NCBI RefSeq assembly: GCF_963853765.1
Contig: NC_088858.1
Coordinates: 51,150,001-51,214,000 of the forward strand
Source: Magallana gigas
Lineage: Eukaryota
DNA length: 64,000 bases
Direction of reading: 5' to 3'
Position numbers and translations under genes: made by a program. This document shows, one piece after another, positions 12,040-25,230 of the stretch (the first letter of the stretch is position 1; each line of letters opens with the position of its first letter). The notes under the pieces were generated by a model. It was not told the origin of the DNA, did not search any database, and was given only the letters and a program-made list of their open reading frames with translations.

Positions 12040-14401
12040 CAGGTTCTCCTTGTCATTGGTACTGAGTTCCACCATCGCGATCCTCTCCGGAGATTCCCGT
12101 TCTGTCTGCTCACTGCTCGGCTGACTGGACCGGCCGCTGTCCAGGAGACTGGAGTGCCCACTACTCCCGCTCCGAGTCCGGAGTCTCAGATCCTCTGAGG
12201 TCTGGTACAGTCGGTTGGTCTTTTGGAGCACCTCCATCTTTATTCTTTGTTTTTTGTCAATTGATACTTTTGAATCAAGAGCAGAAATCTCTGCAGGAAT
12301 CTGAGGTGATTTCATTTCAAATCCTTTCTTCAGACTGTAAATAATCCCAAATACATTGTAAATGTGTATGATTTAAACAGGTATACATTACTTGTAAAAT
12401 TATTCCAAATTTTAATAATACTACTTTAATTTGATTACAAAAACAATGTTAGAAGCTGAATGTCACAAACGAACCAGTCTTATACACCATATAGGAAATA
12501 TTCAATATATAACGTTGACATACTGTATCTATATGCAGTAATCTACTTAGTAAGAATACATATCGGTATGTAGATATTTTTAATTTGTTACCTTACCTAT
12601 CTAAAAGCCGAGTCAAAAGTTTCATGTAATTGTTGTATTCATTTTCTCCAAACATCTAGAAATATAATGGATATGAACAGTTTGATACAATGCTTTTTTC
12701 CATTTGAAAACCAAAATTTGTTGCAGAAAATATATACGGTACATGTAAACTACCAGGAAATATTTATTCCTGTTACCTATGGATAAATTCATACAGATTA
12801 CAATTTGAAAGTATGTACCAAGAAGAAACGAAATTTCAAAAAATAGATCTTTTTTCTCTACCATAATATTTCACATGCAAACAGAACCTGACATTTTGAG
12901 GTGTAATGAAACAAATGATACCTCTGGGCTGTGTCTGGCATGCTCATAGGCATCACAGAAGTCATTGATCAGGTCCAGGGGACAGGTACATAGGTAAGTT
13001 TTACTCAGACCTGTCAGGTACCATCTGACCCTCGTGTTGGGGTGTCGACCCTTATAGTTGCTGTCTACTGTTTTTATAGTTTCATCTATGACAAAAAAAG
13101 ATGAATTTGAACAATATTTAAAATAATTCTTGGGCTATAAAATATTATTCAAATCTCCAAACAATTTTCCTTCTCTACATTTTTCTTGATATCTACGCTG
13201 GTTATACATTATTTTTTTCACAGCCTTGTAAAACTGAGCTAATCAATTTGACAGGACACAAAGTATTTTGGAAAAAAAATTCTTGATTTACCAGGCACAC
13301 ATGGTAAGCTTTGAGGTTCAATGTTACATACCAAACATAGAGAAAGCATCCATGGCCTTCATTCTGTGTAAGTAGTGACTCGAATCTAAAGAACAAAAAT
13401 GGAGATCAATTGATCAACAAAGGTATTACGATCACCATTGCACATTCATATACCAGTACTGGTAATGGTATGGATCAGAAAACTTTGATCACACATAATT
13501 TTTGAAACCAACTAGTATTCTTGTTTACAAGTTTTTAAGCTTTTATTATGAATTGAAGGATTACCTGGAGATGACATAACTTTGTTGTTCAGTAAAATGG
13601 GTTCATACTTTATGGTAGATACTCGATTTAACTTTTCCAATATCTGCTTTTTAAACATCTGAAAAAAATGATTAACACATTGTTAGCCAAATACAAATAT
13701 TTAAGGGTACTATGTCAATTGATCAATATTTATTAGTTCTAATGATTAATCAGACTTTCAAAATTGATATGAAACATGGTTTGGCATATATTTAAATCTT
13801 ACAAATCTTTATAAAATTAGACTTGTAGAGCTGCATCTGTTCAGTATGCAATCAAATCTTCTGAGAAGCCCTTTGGGTTTTACAGGATTTAATCATGTGA
13901 CGGTTGTGACCAACTAAGTAAATATCCCCCTGAAACTTTTTTACCATTGCTCTTTATATCTAAAATTCTTATTTCTAATAGTATAATAATAGCTATTAAC
14001 CATAGCTTGACTTTATTAAATTGCTGATCCTTTATCATTATTATAATAACATAACAGCTATTAACCATAACCTTTATGGTGGAACCCCCCCCCCCCCCCA
14101 GCGCAGTTTTACCTTTGGAGCACCTGATCCTATAGACTTCTGGGCTCCCCTTGTAGCAAACCTTGATATCTGACGCTTCACCACGATAAACGCCATGATA
14201 AATAACTGAAATGACAGCAAAGTAAGAATGAATCTTAATATTTCGATAATTTATATATTGTACTTTAAACACTTGTTAAATCATTCAAATAGTAAAGTGT
14301 CAATTCATTGGAAATCAAACTTTGAACGATCGAAATACCAAAAGTCCAGCGGCGATGAATAAAACCACGCCTACAATGGTCAGCTCCCTCGTTACCGACA
14401 T
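12034..14401 (-). CDS. C1orf43: C1orf43 (NICE-3) homolog, 275 aa
   Basis: Seven exons: 14401-14339, 14205-14113, 13658-13565, 13385-13332, 13085-12922, 12655-12597, 12334-12034 (828 nt, phases consistent). The translation has NICE-3 hallmarks: N-terminal TM then VVKRQISRFA, GSGAPK, LNRVSTIKYEPILL, YLHRMKAMDA, DAYEHARHSPEMFGENEY, and a Ser-rich tail. Confidence 0.92.
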
Positions 14402-15562
14402 TGTGTATTGTGAGGCTTCCTTGTGCTCTCGGCCTTGTCTCACAACCTCACACAGTCCACAAGTTACTGTTCAATTGTTTATCATGATTAATTTCACAGC
14501 AAAATATTACATTGCCTTGGTTCATATCAATCAATGTAATTAATTCATCCTTGTAGCAATATTAACTATTCATTCAGTTAACTTTTAGTTCGCCTGTTCT
14601 GTTCAGACTGTTCGTCTGTCTGTTGTTTCTTTTTCCTTATGTTGACAGTTCGAGTTTTCTCTGGTCCTCCTGTATTGCGATCCCGATCTATTTAGTGGTT
14701 TGTGGGAGATCAAGAGAACACGCACACACATACATACATGTATATATATGGCTACGTTTAAATCTGTATATACATGTAACCATCGTGTATATAAACTAAA
14801 AGCTATGTCAGAAAGAGCATAGTTCTATTCAAAATATATTAATGCATTCAGAAAATTAAGGTGGGGGGGGGGGGTCTAGAAAACCGTCACTGCTTTTTTT
14901 TATTTGATGATATAAGAAAATTACTTATAATAAAAGATTGTTAAATTTTCATTAAATCCTGGGAACTTGTTATACAATGTATATGAAATGTTTAATTTTT
15001 TCTGTTGAAAATACTGATACTTGATTTACATGCGTCTGACTTTGCATGAGCTCAAGTGTTGGTCTTTGTGTCTGACAATGATCCAGTCTTTGTCCATGTG
15101 TAAGACTGTGAAATGGAAGAGTTTCAGTCAGTGGAGATATGTCACCGTGTTCATCAACTCACAGGCCCGAGTCGAGGCATCATATGAACTCCCTTGAAAA
15201 ATTAAAGAACCTACGTGTACATAGTTAAGTTACCGAAAATAAGCAACAAAATTAATGTACATGTAGTTTATTGGATCCCTTGCGCTACCCCCCCCCCCCT
15301 TCAATTTTCAATTTAATTTATTGACAACACCATCATACATGTACATGTATATTGGCATATAGTAGTGGATATAACAAACATACATAAAATCACCCCAGTA
15401 GCACCGAGTAAGCTTATCAATTATGTTGAAGATTTTTTTTCAGGAAGTTACATACTCTTCAAGCAATTTTAATATTTGGAGGGTTGATACACAGGCACCT
15501 GACCTTATATATTTCTCTCGTAATAATATATAATTATATACTAGTATATATAAACATTGTAT

Positions 15563-15573
15563 TGTCATGTTGT

Positions 15574-15645
<72 letters not shown>

Positions 15646-15656
15646 ACAACATGACA
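15563..15656. repeat. Perfect 94-bp palindrome (47-bp arms, no spacer)
   Basis: TGTCATGTTGTAAATTTTGAATTTACTGGGTGGGTGTAAATACAAAA is followed immediately by its exact reverse complement; centre at 15609/15610. Confidence 0.95.
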
Positions 15657-16104
15657 GTATACCTTCTATAGATAGAGGGTATACATTTTTATTACAGAAA
15701 GATCGGTCTTGAGTATCTCCCCATCTCAATATTGGTGAATTAGCACTAAATCTTAATTTTCTGAGGTTTTTTTTTTTTTTAGATTTCTTCAATGGTAATT
15801 TTTGGTAGTTTTGTAATTTATATTTTTTTTACTCCAAATTTATCATATCACTAAGTAAACTGAGTTAATTTTCCAGATTCTGAATGAGAAATGTTTTTTA
15901 ATTGTTCACAGATTTTGTTCCTATAATGCTCCTCTAATTCAATGTTATAACTTAATGTTTTATGTGATATAACGTTACCCAATGAAGATAAATACAAATA
16001 TGCAAATTTTATTGTAGAATATAAAACTTTAAACATTTTTTATTGTAAGAAAGACTCATATATACCAATCTTACTCACTTACTAACGTTACGTGTATATG
16101 TATC

Positions 16105-16298
16105 TATAAAATTATGTTATTAGACAGCACGTGTTCATTAAAAAAAAAAAACAATATTGTGTGTACATATTTGAATGCGACATTTTTATGCAGGAGATTA
16201 CGTTTGAATTTTCGCGGAATCAGTCATTGTATTTCATTCATACGTCACTTCCTTGTATACAACGGGCACGCCCACAGCACGCGGTTCAACCATTTGAG
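16105..16298 (+). promoter_or_regulatory. Candidate TATA box and non-coding first exon of the KLF gene
   Basis: TATAAAA at 16105-16111, donor GAG|GTAAGT near 16299, acceptor TTTCAG near 16430. The transcription start is not determined. Confidence 0.5.
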
Positions 16299-16530
16299 GT
16301 AAGTAATGGTTTATTTACGTTACCAAACGACAATCAAACACATTGAAGAATCTGGTGACAATTTGTGTTACAAATGTTTGTAATATCAATGAAATCTGAT
16401 TGGGAATTTAAGGTGAATCTCTTAATTTCAGACCAGGGCGAAACACTTGTGTAATATTGTCAGTCGGAATTCTCACAGAACGAGGTCAAGACAAAGAAAA
16501 GCACGTTGTTTGTCAACAGACTCTTGGATT

Positions 16531-18291
16531 ATGATCATGACTTACCAAGATCAATCAGACATTGACTACGAGACTAGTTTAGCGGCAGAAGGACTCATGT
16601 TGATGTCAAATGTTGTTGTCGCTTCAAATAAGCCAAATCGAACAGCTGATGATGTAAATATGGCAGACGTTTCCAACACAGACAAGAAGGATTCTTTGTT
16701 CAATCTTGCAAGCATTCTGACTGACTTGGGGAAATTCAGACGAGAACACATAGACCATGATTATTTCAGTGGGGAAATGAAGAGGATTCATTTAAGATCT
16801 TTACAAAATGACGAAAGTTTCATTGAAAAATCCACAAAAGACAAGAAACGAAAGCGCGCAAAAGCGACCCCGCCCACTTCGGTAGCTGAAGGATCTGACG
16901 ACGATGACAGCTCTGTGTGTAATCCAAAGAAGAAGCTTCACCAGTGCTATTACAAGGGATGTGCCAAAATGTACGGCAAAAGCTCACACCTAAAGGCACA
17001 TCTGCGTACACATACAGGTAAACTGATATACACATCAACACAAATGGGAGGGGGGGGGGGGTAGGAATTGTGCATGTTGGTGCTGAATTTGTGAAATCTG
17101 GGCAAGTTTTTATTCATGTAAATTGCATACTCAGGTGTAAGCTTTTATTGATATATTTGTGATTTTTGGTTCAGACTTAATGAAATCAGCCAGTCTGTCA
17201 TTTTTGGGTATTTCATCATGCTTGTGAAACATAAATCTATATTTACACCTATGTAAATTACAATATGAATACAATTCAATGAAGTTTAATTTCTGTCCCA
17301 CTGTTAAAATTACTCATGCCAACCTTTAATTGATTTCATAATTTAGTTGATCATTGTTCATTGATGTATAAATTAATTGCCCATTAATTAGTGAGTTGAT
17401 TTGTTGACACAGTGACCCTGACTATTTTGATCTATTTCAGGAGAGCGTCCATTCCCTTGTACCTGGTCTGGCTGTGATAAGAGATTTGCCAGGTCAGATG
17501 AATTGGCACGACACTTACGGACACACACAGGTAACTAACATGTAATATTATATATACTCACATAGGTACCAAATGTTTACAGCAACAAAAAAAAACCTGA
17601 ATATATACACAGCCCCATTTTCCAAGACATTTATGTGAAAAAAGCAGCAGCATCAGCTTGAATCATCATTTTATTTTATGTTACATACACGTATGGTCTA
17701 TAGATGTTGGTAAATACATGTAATATCAAATATAATAGTAATGAAATCAGAGTGAGTTAAGAATATGGATGCCATATTGCAAATGACCTTGACCTTTAAC
17801 TTGGATTTCTGCAGACTATAATCGGCTGCACTAGTCTCAGCATGTCAACCTGCCAAAAATAATTTTAAAAGAAATACAAATTATGTAACAAGGAGAGGAA
17901 AAAAAAACAAATTATGTAATGGGAAGGGAAACGGTATACCTGTATATCTTTCTAGACTGGGTTTTATGCAATTGTACTCAGGTCCTCTGTGTTTAAATAA
18001 AATGTATGTGGTTGAATCTTTGAGGACAAAAAAGGTTAAAATCTATATCAAATTTTTGTGATATTAACCTGATTGAAAGAGTGTAGTAAATGTGTGTACT
18101 TTTTGATTGCAGGAGAGAAGCGCTTCTGCTGCCCTTACTGTGACAAGCGGTTCATGCGGAGTGACCACCTAAATAAGCACGCCCGCCGCCACCCCGAGTT
18201 TGACCCCACCGTGCTTCAGAGGTCAAGGTTGAAGAAGAGCAGTTCCAGTCCCCTGCCAGACAACAGTACAGAAACGGACCGAGAGAGATAA
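16531..18291 (+). CDS. Kruppel-like factor, KLF9/13/14/16 (BTEB) subfamily, about 250 aa
   Basis: Exons 16531-17017, 17441-17530, 18113-18291. Three C2H2 fingers: [67 protein letters not shown], followed by [12 protein letters not shown]-terminal Sin3-interaction-like motif AAEGLMLMS. Candidate polyA signal AATAAA at 21037-21042. Confidence 0.95.
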
Positions 18292-19320
18292 ACACCAACT
18301 GGAGGAAGATGGTTGAAAGAGCAAAATGATGTTTATACAAGCATGCATATGTAGATTTATGCTTGCTTATTATATAGATATGTAACTGTACTTGATTTTT
18401 TCAATCTCTCATTTAAAGTTTACATGAGGGTATGAATGATTAAAGTATACTGACTAGTGACGACACACAGATCAGACATATCATCTTATCCCTGTGACTG
18501 GCCTACAGCGATGTATTTTACACTCATTCTAAAAGCAAGTTTGATCTCAGTTTTGGTGAAAGAAATATGACTGCACATCATAGGCAATGATTTAATGAAA
18601 TGTGTATCAGCGAGTACTCATGCGCACTAATTTTGTTTTTTTTGTTATAAAAACAACCAAAAAGTCGAGCATCATTGCTGGAACGTACAGATTCTGGTCA
18701 ATTGTCCATTGTCTCCAAATTTAGTAGTTTTCAATTTACTTGGATTTGTGTCAAAGGTATGTTAGGTATTTAGCATAAGTATTTTTTTACTTATGATATA
18801 TGACTGTACCTTTTAGTTTTGTGTTGTGACATATTTGGCAATTGCAATAGAAGTAATACGAGTATTTGATTGTTCATTGTATATATGAATTTTTGAAATG
18901 TCCTGTATATCCTCTGTGTGTTTGTTTTGTGTGATATTTTTAGAATTTGAGGTAATTCCGATGGCCAGTTATACCCTGTTAGGAATTCCCTGCTGATTCT
19001 CAATTTGAATAATTTTGTCCAGCCACATTGCTTTCCTTCCATGTTACTGGGGAGTGTTCATTGCCTACTTAATTTCCTTAAATCTAAACACTGGTTTGTT
19101 TTTAAAACAATTGTTGTCAGACATTACAGTGAACATTTGGTGAATGTCTTTTAGAGCCCTGTCTTACACACTGATAAATTTGCTACATGGATATCCCTAT
19201 TTTGTTTTGAAATTTTTGTTTTGGCAGAAATCTTGCCAAGAACGTGTACAATCTGGTTGTTTGGGAGAGAGAGAGAGACACTAGGTGCCTCATGAGTGTC
19301 TGTGAGTGTGTGTGGTTATG

Positions 19321-19625
19321 AGATCCAGTCTTGGTCAATGGGTCTGACTGTGTGTTCCAGTGTTTGCATTTGTGACTGACTGTCTGTGTGTTCCAATCTT
19401 GGTCTATGGGTCTGACTGTGTGTTCCAATCTTGGTATATGTGTCTGACTGTGTGTTCCAGTTTTGGTCAGTGTGTCTGACCTTGTGCTCCATCCTGGGTT
19501 TATCTGTCAGACTGTGTTCCATTTTTTGTCTATATCTATGACTGTCTGTGTGTTCCAGTCCTGGTCTGTCTGTCTGACCGTGTGTTCCTAATTTTGTGTC
19601 TATGATCCAGTTTTTGTCCATGTGT
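19321..19625. repeat. 32-bp tandem array (TCTGACTGTGTGTTCCAATCTTGGTCTATGGG), about 9 diverged copies
   Basis: Recurrent CTGACTGTGTGTTCCA cores within the probable long KLF 3'UTR. Confidence 0.85.
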
Positions 19626-21671
19626 CAGGCTGTGAGATTGAAGAGTTTCTGTCAGTGGTGATATGGCATTGTGTTCATCTTTGTGTCATCTATGTTGTTT
19701 GATTGATATTCCATTGATGTTAAAATGATATTTAAATGAAATGTTGAAATTTTATATGACCTATGTTTAATGTGTCACATAGACTTATCATACTTACAGA
19801 GAAATCCAATTTCCTACAAATATTTATATCAACTTTATTAGTGCTTAAACTACTCTTATGGCAATTTTGTGATATATTGAAACAGATAGATTCACCTTTG
19901 ATGCCATTATTACTTTAGTCAAGATTATCATGATTCACTGAAAGTGTTCAATATTTTGATGTTAAAAGTTTGAAGTAGGCTTAAAAGTTCCTTGACATAT
20001 TCAGATGCCAAGTATTTCACACAGAGATCTTAAATAAAAAAATTTTGTTACCCTCAACAATCTGTTACAGTAATATTAAGGATTGAATCGTTTAAGTCAT
20101 CACAAAATGTTAGAGTTATCGTTGGTTCCGCGATTTTTTGTTTATACATGCATTTAATATGATCGAGTTTGTCAGTTACTTTGATATGTGATTTTTTTCT
20201 CCTTGATATCTACAACATGGAAAGAATAATTGTGATGTTTTAAAATCTTTCATTTTCCAGTGTGTGTGGATTCATCATATCCACGATGATAAGAATCTTG
20301 CAAGTACAGAATATAACCATCTTCATTTGTACATAGATAGATAGAAATATATATCCACATTCAGTTTGAGGAACGTCATTCCATTTTATGTATGTTTGTG
20401 TGATTTTTTTATGATATGGTTGGTGAAAATTAGCTACGTTGTGATTGTGTCATTGTAACCTCTATGTAAAACATAATGTGATTGGTGCTAAATATTCCGT
20501 ATGCTATACATGTACATATCAAGATCTGTCCATTGTTGTAAGTACATCAGTTTTTGGTGATTTGTGACATTTTTAAAAAGTTTTATAATCAGATCTGATC
20601 CATTTCCCACAGTGTAATTAACCTAGTAGCAAGTGCCTCTCAGTATTTGTATTCACCGAACAGGCCTGCCATTTTTTAGCAGGTCTGATGTAGTACGTTG
20701 TATATATTTTCATTATGAACTTCCAAAGAAAGATATATAATCTCAAAAACTAAAGGTAGCATGTATATATACAAGTGAATTGGGTGCCAATTGACAATAC
20801 TATGATTTTTAGACAAAACGATATAGAGATGGATACTATTTTTGAGTTAGGTAAAGAAAGGCGAAATATTGACTGTATATTTTGTACAAATGCCTTTTAT
20901 TAAGCAAATATACAGGGATTTGATGTTGCTCCTATGATATAGTTTTAATCTCAAGTTTTCAAGTTGTAAATAGTTTTATTTTTGTTGATGTTGAACTATA
21001 TATATATTGTAAAACCTGTTCATGGTAATCGTGACAAATAAAAATTCTATAATGTCTCATTCATATTGTTTTAATTTTATGTCAGGTGGCATGTAAATTC
21101 TTGGAATGATTATTATCCTGCAGTTTAAACTGTTTATTGGCCTATTCTTTTTAACTACATTTATCAGATATGCTCTATACATTATATGGTCAGATGTGAA
21201 AGCAACCTGAAATATGAAAACATTTATGGGATTTAAAAAAAAATTTTTTTTAGTGGGGACTGGGGCTGGGGGGGGGGGGGATTTTGAAGAACATATGTGG
21301 ATCAATTTCCTGCTTCACATTGACATGAGAGGACAAAATTTTGACATTTAGAATAGTGAATCGTTAATATCTGTATGATATATATTAGAGAGTTACTTTC
21401 AACCCTGTTGAAGATACATGTATATCATTAAAACAGAACTTGACATTTAAAAAAAAGGGATTTCTATGAAAACTTGTAAATAAATTTCTTTCGAAAATTT
21501 CTCTCAAATGAATTAATTTACGGCATAATACATACTATACAATCGAAAATTTATATAGATATTTACATACAGCTCATAGAGCTCCTTATTTACATCGGGA
21601 TCGAGAAACAATTATCAACAACTTCCGATTCAACCACCGGTGCTTTGGTACACGCAAGCAAATTCATAAAC

Positions 21672-24665
21672 ATGGGTAAATTTTATGTTCTATCCAGTTT
21701 GCAAGAATATATCCATGTCGAAATTATACAGGAAATCTGTTTCATAACTGCGAATCATGCATTTTATAATCTGTCTTGTTGGTTTTCCAAGTGTGTTGTA
21801 AAGATGGGGAAGGGGGAAGGGGGGGGGGGGGTAGGGTTAATGAAAACTATTTTAGTGTAGAAAGAAATTATTGGTAAACGATAAAATTGATAACTCTTAC
21901 AGCGTTTTTGTTTTGCAGATAAGTGTTAAATCAAGCAAACTGCCTAAATAGGTGTAAATGAATGTGTTTGTCTTTTTCAAAATGAATTTTACCAGGTCAA
22001 ACCCAATTTTTTTTAACTTACTTAAACATATTGCTTGATTTTGCAGTTATAGTATACCTTAGCTATTTTGGATTTATTGACTTAGTTTTTGACAAAAATT
22101 CAAAAGTATTTATCATTTTTGAAGATTATTACCCTATGACTGTAACAAAAACACATTGAAATATTCTAACATTTCCAATTTATAAAAGAAACAGTACCGA
22201 CTAGACCAAACCTAACAAAAAGCAGACCAAATCCCAGAACTGCTTTTAATGTCTTCTAAGGGTCTGCTTCAGGTCTGCTATGACCCCAGAACAGACACAG
22301 AAGTAGACCCTTAATCGCTACTGAAAAATGACCATATATCTCTACATGTTTATTTGGAATATGCAAGGGGCAAATTGTGTATATGCACATGTATGTGGTC
22401 TGGAATATACAAGGGGCGGGCTTACAGGCGACAAGAAAAAAGATAGGGTCTGCTTCACACTTCAGTGCGCAAAGCTGACCCCAAGAGCTGACCCCGAGTA
22501 AACCCATAGCTGACTAGAGCAGTTGCAAGTCATTAGTCTTTAAAAAGTAGACCCCAACCAGACACAAAGGAGACCCCTGGTCGTATTTTGGGGTTTGCTT
22601 TGGTGTTAGAATGTTTCTATTCGGTACTGTACATTTAACATTACAGAATTTAAAAAAATTTATAGAAAAAAAAAAAAAAAATTCTGAATAACTGTACACA
22701 ATATATACTGTCTTTAATAAGTGTGTAATTTGAGGGAAGGACATGCATGATTATTTTTGAATTTGTAAATGATTGACAAGCATTATATGTTGTCAATGAG
22801 GATAAACTTTGTACATTAATTAATTGTGACTACCCGGTATTTGCTGACAACATTTTTGTCAAAGTCACAGAATATGGCCATCAGTTTTTTTTTTATAGCA
22901 TTTCGTTTGCTAATTCTAAATTTTTAAGATTTTATGTTGTATTTATGTTTTGCCTTCATTATGGAAAAAAAAATTTCAATCACTTACATACTATTCTTAT
23001 CTTTTAATAAAATTTTTAAAAAATTTGATATACCATAAGGCACTGTATACTGGTTTTGGGGTGGGGTTGTTTTTACCCTTCTGCATTTGCAAGCAGTTTA
23101 CCCAGTCTTAAATTTGCTCAGACACAGATAGAAATAAATAATCTTTCTACCAGTAATTAACATAATTAGTTAAAAATTGTTTTGAATTTGTCCAGTCCTA
23201 ACTTTGCCCAATTTTAATTGCAAAATTAAAGCACTTAATAATAATTTATTAAAAAAGAAATATTCAAACCTCTCTCATTGTTTGGTCAAGCTATACATGT
23301 TGTATATACATGAATATTAATGGTAAACCAAATCAAAACATTGTGCTTGACCTGTGTGAAGACTCATGGCCTTATAATTCTGATTACAGCCGTGTCGAGT
23401 GGAACATCGTGTGTCCTGTCATTTACCATGGCTCTGACCTCGTTTGCTGCCATGCAGATGTTCAAGCAGCAGCTGGCAGGGTCTGAGTACATGACCATCG
23501 TGGGAGGACTCCTAGGAAGCACCATCTTTTTCTTTGTCCTGGTTGTATCCTTTTGTCCGTGGTGCTGTCACTACTCTTTGATCACACTATATAGTGCTAT
23601 CACAACTGCCGTTATATGGTCATAACAGATACATATATCTGAAATGAAGATCAGACTGTAAAGATTGCAAGTCTATTAGCTCTTTCCTTACACATATTAA
23701 ACAAGCAAATGTGTTTGCTAAAAAGTCCAGAAAACATATAGGAAAGCTGGAAGTTTATAGCATGTGCGACAAACATCTTCATGTTGATTAGTTGGAGTTA
23801 TCTTTCTTGTTTTTTCCCCCACTGTTAGTATACTCATATATGCTCAGCCTTTTATCTTGTGAATGCTGCATTCTTTTGCATACTTTCTGTTCTCCTTAAC
23901 CAAATCTCAGGGTGTCGGCAATCTCGAGAACTCAATGTTCGGCAGTAATTTCCAGACCAAACTTTTTCCAGAAGGTGAGTCTTAATAAGCCTATCAACGC
24001 CTAAATTTATTATAAAAAACCTTTCCTCTGCTAGTCGACTTTCATTATGATATTTCAACCAAGATAATTTTGTTAAAATACGATAATCTGTAAAAGACAA
24101 AGTGGTCAGTTAAAACAAATTATGATGGGATAGATATGACGGTATATGTGGATTTTACAGTGCTCTTCTGTCTGGCTGTGTCGATGTTTGCCTCTGGCCT
24201 GGTCCATCGAGTATGCGTAACAACATGGTGAGCAATATTATTCACTCAGTTCTTACTTATGTTTTAATAAATGATAAAATATATTTTTAGATACAATAAA
24301 AGACAATGGTTTAATAAATGAAGTTCAGTAAAACTAATACCTCAGTATTTAGCTTTTACGTTCTTAATCATTTGACACTGCTTATTTACTCATGTATCAA
24401 TAAATGATGGGATATATTATAAATTACATGATTTGTTAAACGAAATATAGTAACACAAAGACCCCATAATTTTATCACATCATGCATTTTACCCATATAC
24501 TTTAGACAATTAAATCAGATAGATTTTTATGATTTAATTTTTTTTTCCAGCTTTTTGTTTTCTCTGGTGGCATTGTATTACGTTAACAAGATTTCTCAGA
24601 ATAAATATTCTGCCCCAGTGGCGGCTGTTCCAACCAAAGCAACACAAGGCAAAAAGAAGAAATAA
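21672..24665 (+). CDS. KRTCAP2: Keratinocyte-associated protein 2 (KCP2 subunit of the oligosaccharyltransferase complex)
   Basis: Exons 21672-21675 (ATG G|GTAAAT), 23390-23544, 23911-23974, 24161-24227, 24551-24665. Translation MAVSSGTSCVLS...AMQMFKQQLAGSEYMTIVGGLLGS...GNLENSMFGSNFQTKLFPEVLFCL...GLVHRVCVTTCFLFSL...VNKIS...QGKKKK, ending in a dilysine ER-retrieval tail. Confidence 0.95.
23545..23910 (+). other. U12-type (minor spliceosome) GT-AG intron in KRTCAP2
   Basis: 5' splice site GTATCCTTT; branch site TTCTCCTTAAC ending 10 nt before the terminal AG; no polypyrimidine tract; the join keeps the reading frame. Confidence 0.9.
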
Positions 24666-25140
24666 AGCTGTAACTTTTCATTTACACCATGTTATATCAC
24701 AAACATTCATATATAGAAATAAATTTTATATAGGGTTAAGACAAGTTGTTTTATTTTCACTTGTATTTGGATTAAAAACCAATAGTCACTATTTCTTCAA
24801 TATATGTTAAATGTATACACATAATTTGTAGAATAAAAGGAACATTTTGTCACATGCTCTGTTGTAGTAAGCCAGTTCTATTCATACACAGATATGTATA
24901 GAGAAAAAAAGAAAATGCACCTAGAATACTGATGGTCCATCCAATGTCAGTAGCATTATATACGTACATCCAATGTTAGGTTTTGTTGCGTATAAAATGT
25001 TATTGTGGCATTTTTAAAAGATATTGCATCATCCATTAGGAAATTAATTTTGTTTTATTAGTCACTTGATCACTGGTGAAGTCTTGCATGCTTCCACGAC
25101 CAGGTACATGTCTGGTCTAATATGACTTGAGGACTGGAAA

Positions 25141-25230
25141 AGTCTGGCATACTATGATTTGGCCACTGGTCACTGAGTCTGGCATACTATGATTTGGCAA
25201 CTAGTTAAGTATGGCATACTATGACTGGAG
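25141..25230. repeat. Short tandem repeat of about 33-35 bp (AGTCTGGCATACTATGATTTGGC), 3 copies
   Basis: Three GGCATACTATGA cores downstream of the KRTCAP2 stop. Confidence 0.75.

Noticed and set aside
13889-14272. 127-aa ORF MFKVQY...
   Set aside because: Wrong frame. The real C1orf43 exon 2 (14205-14113) is read in another frame and the rest is intron.
19183-19621. Repetitive ORFs over the 32-bp array
   Set aside because: Products of the tandem repeat, with no coding signature.
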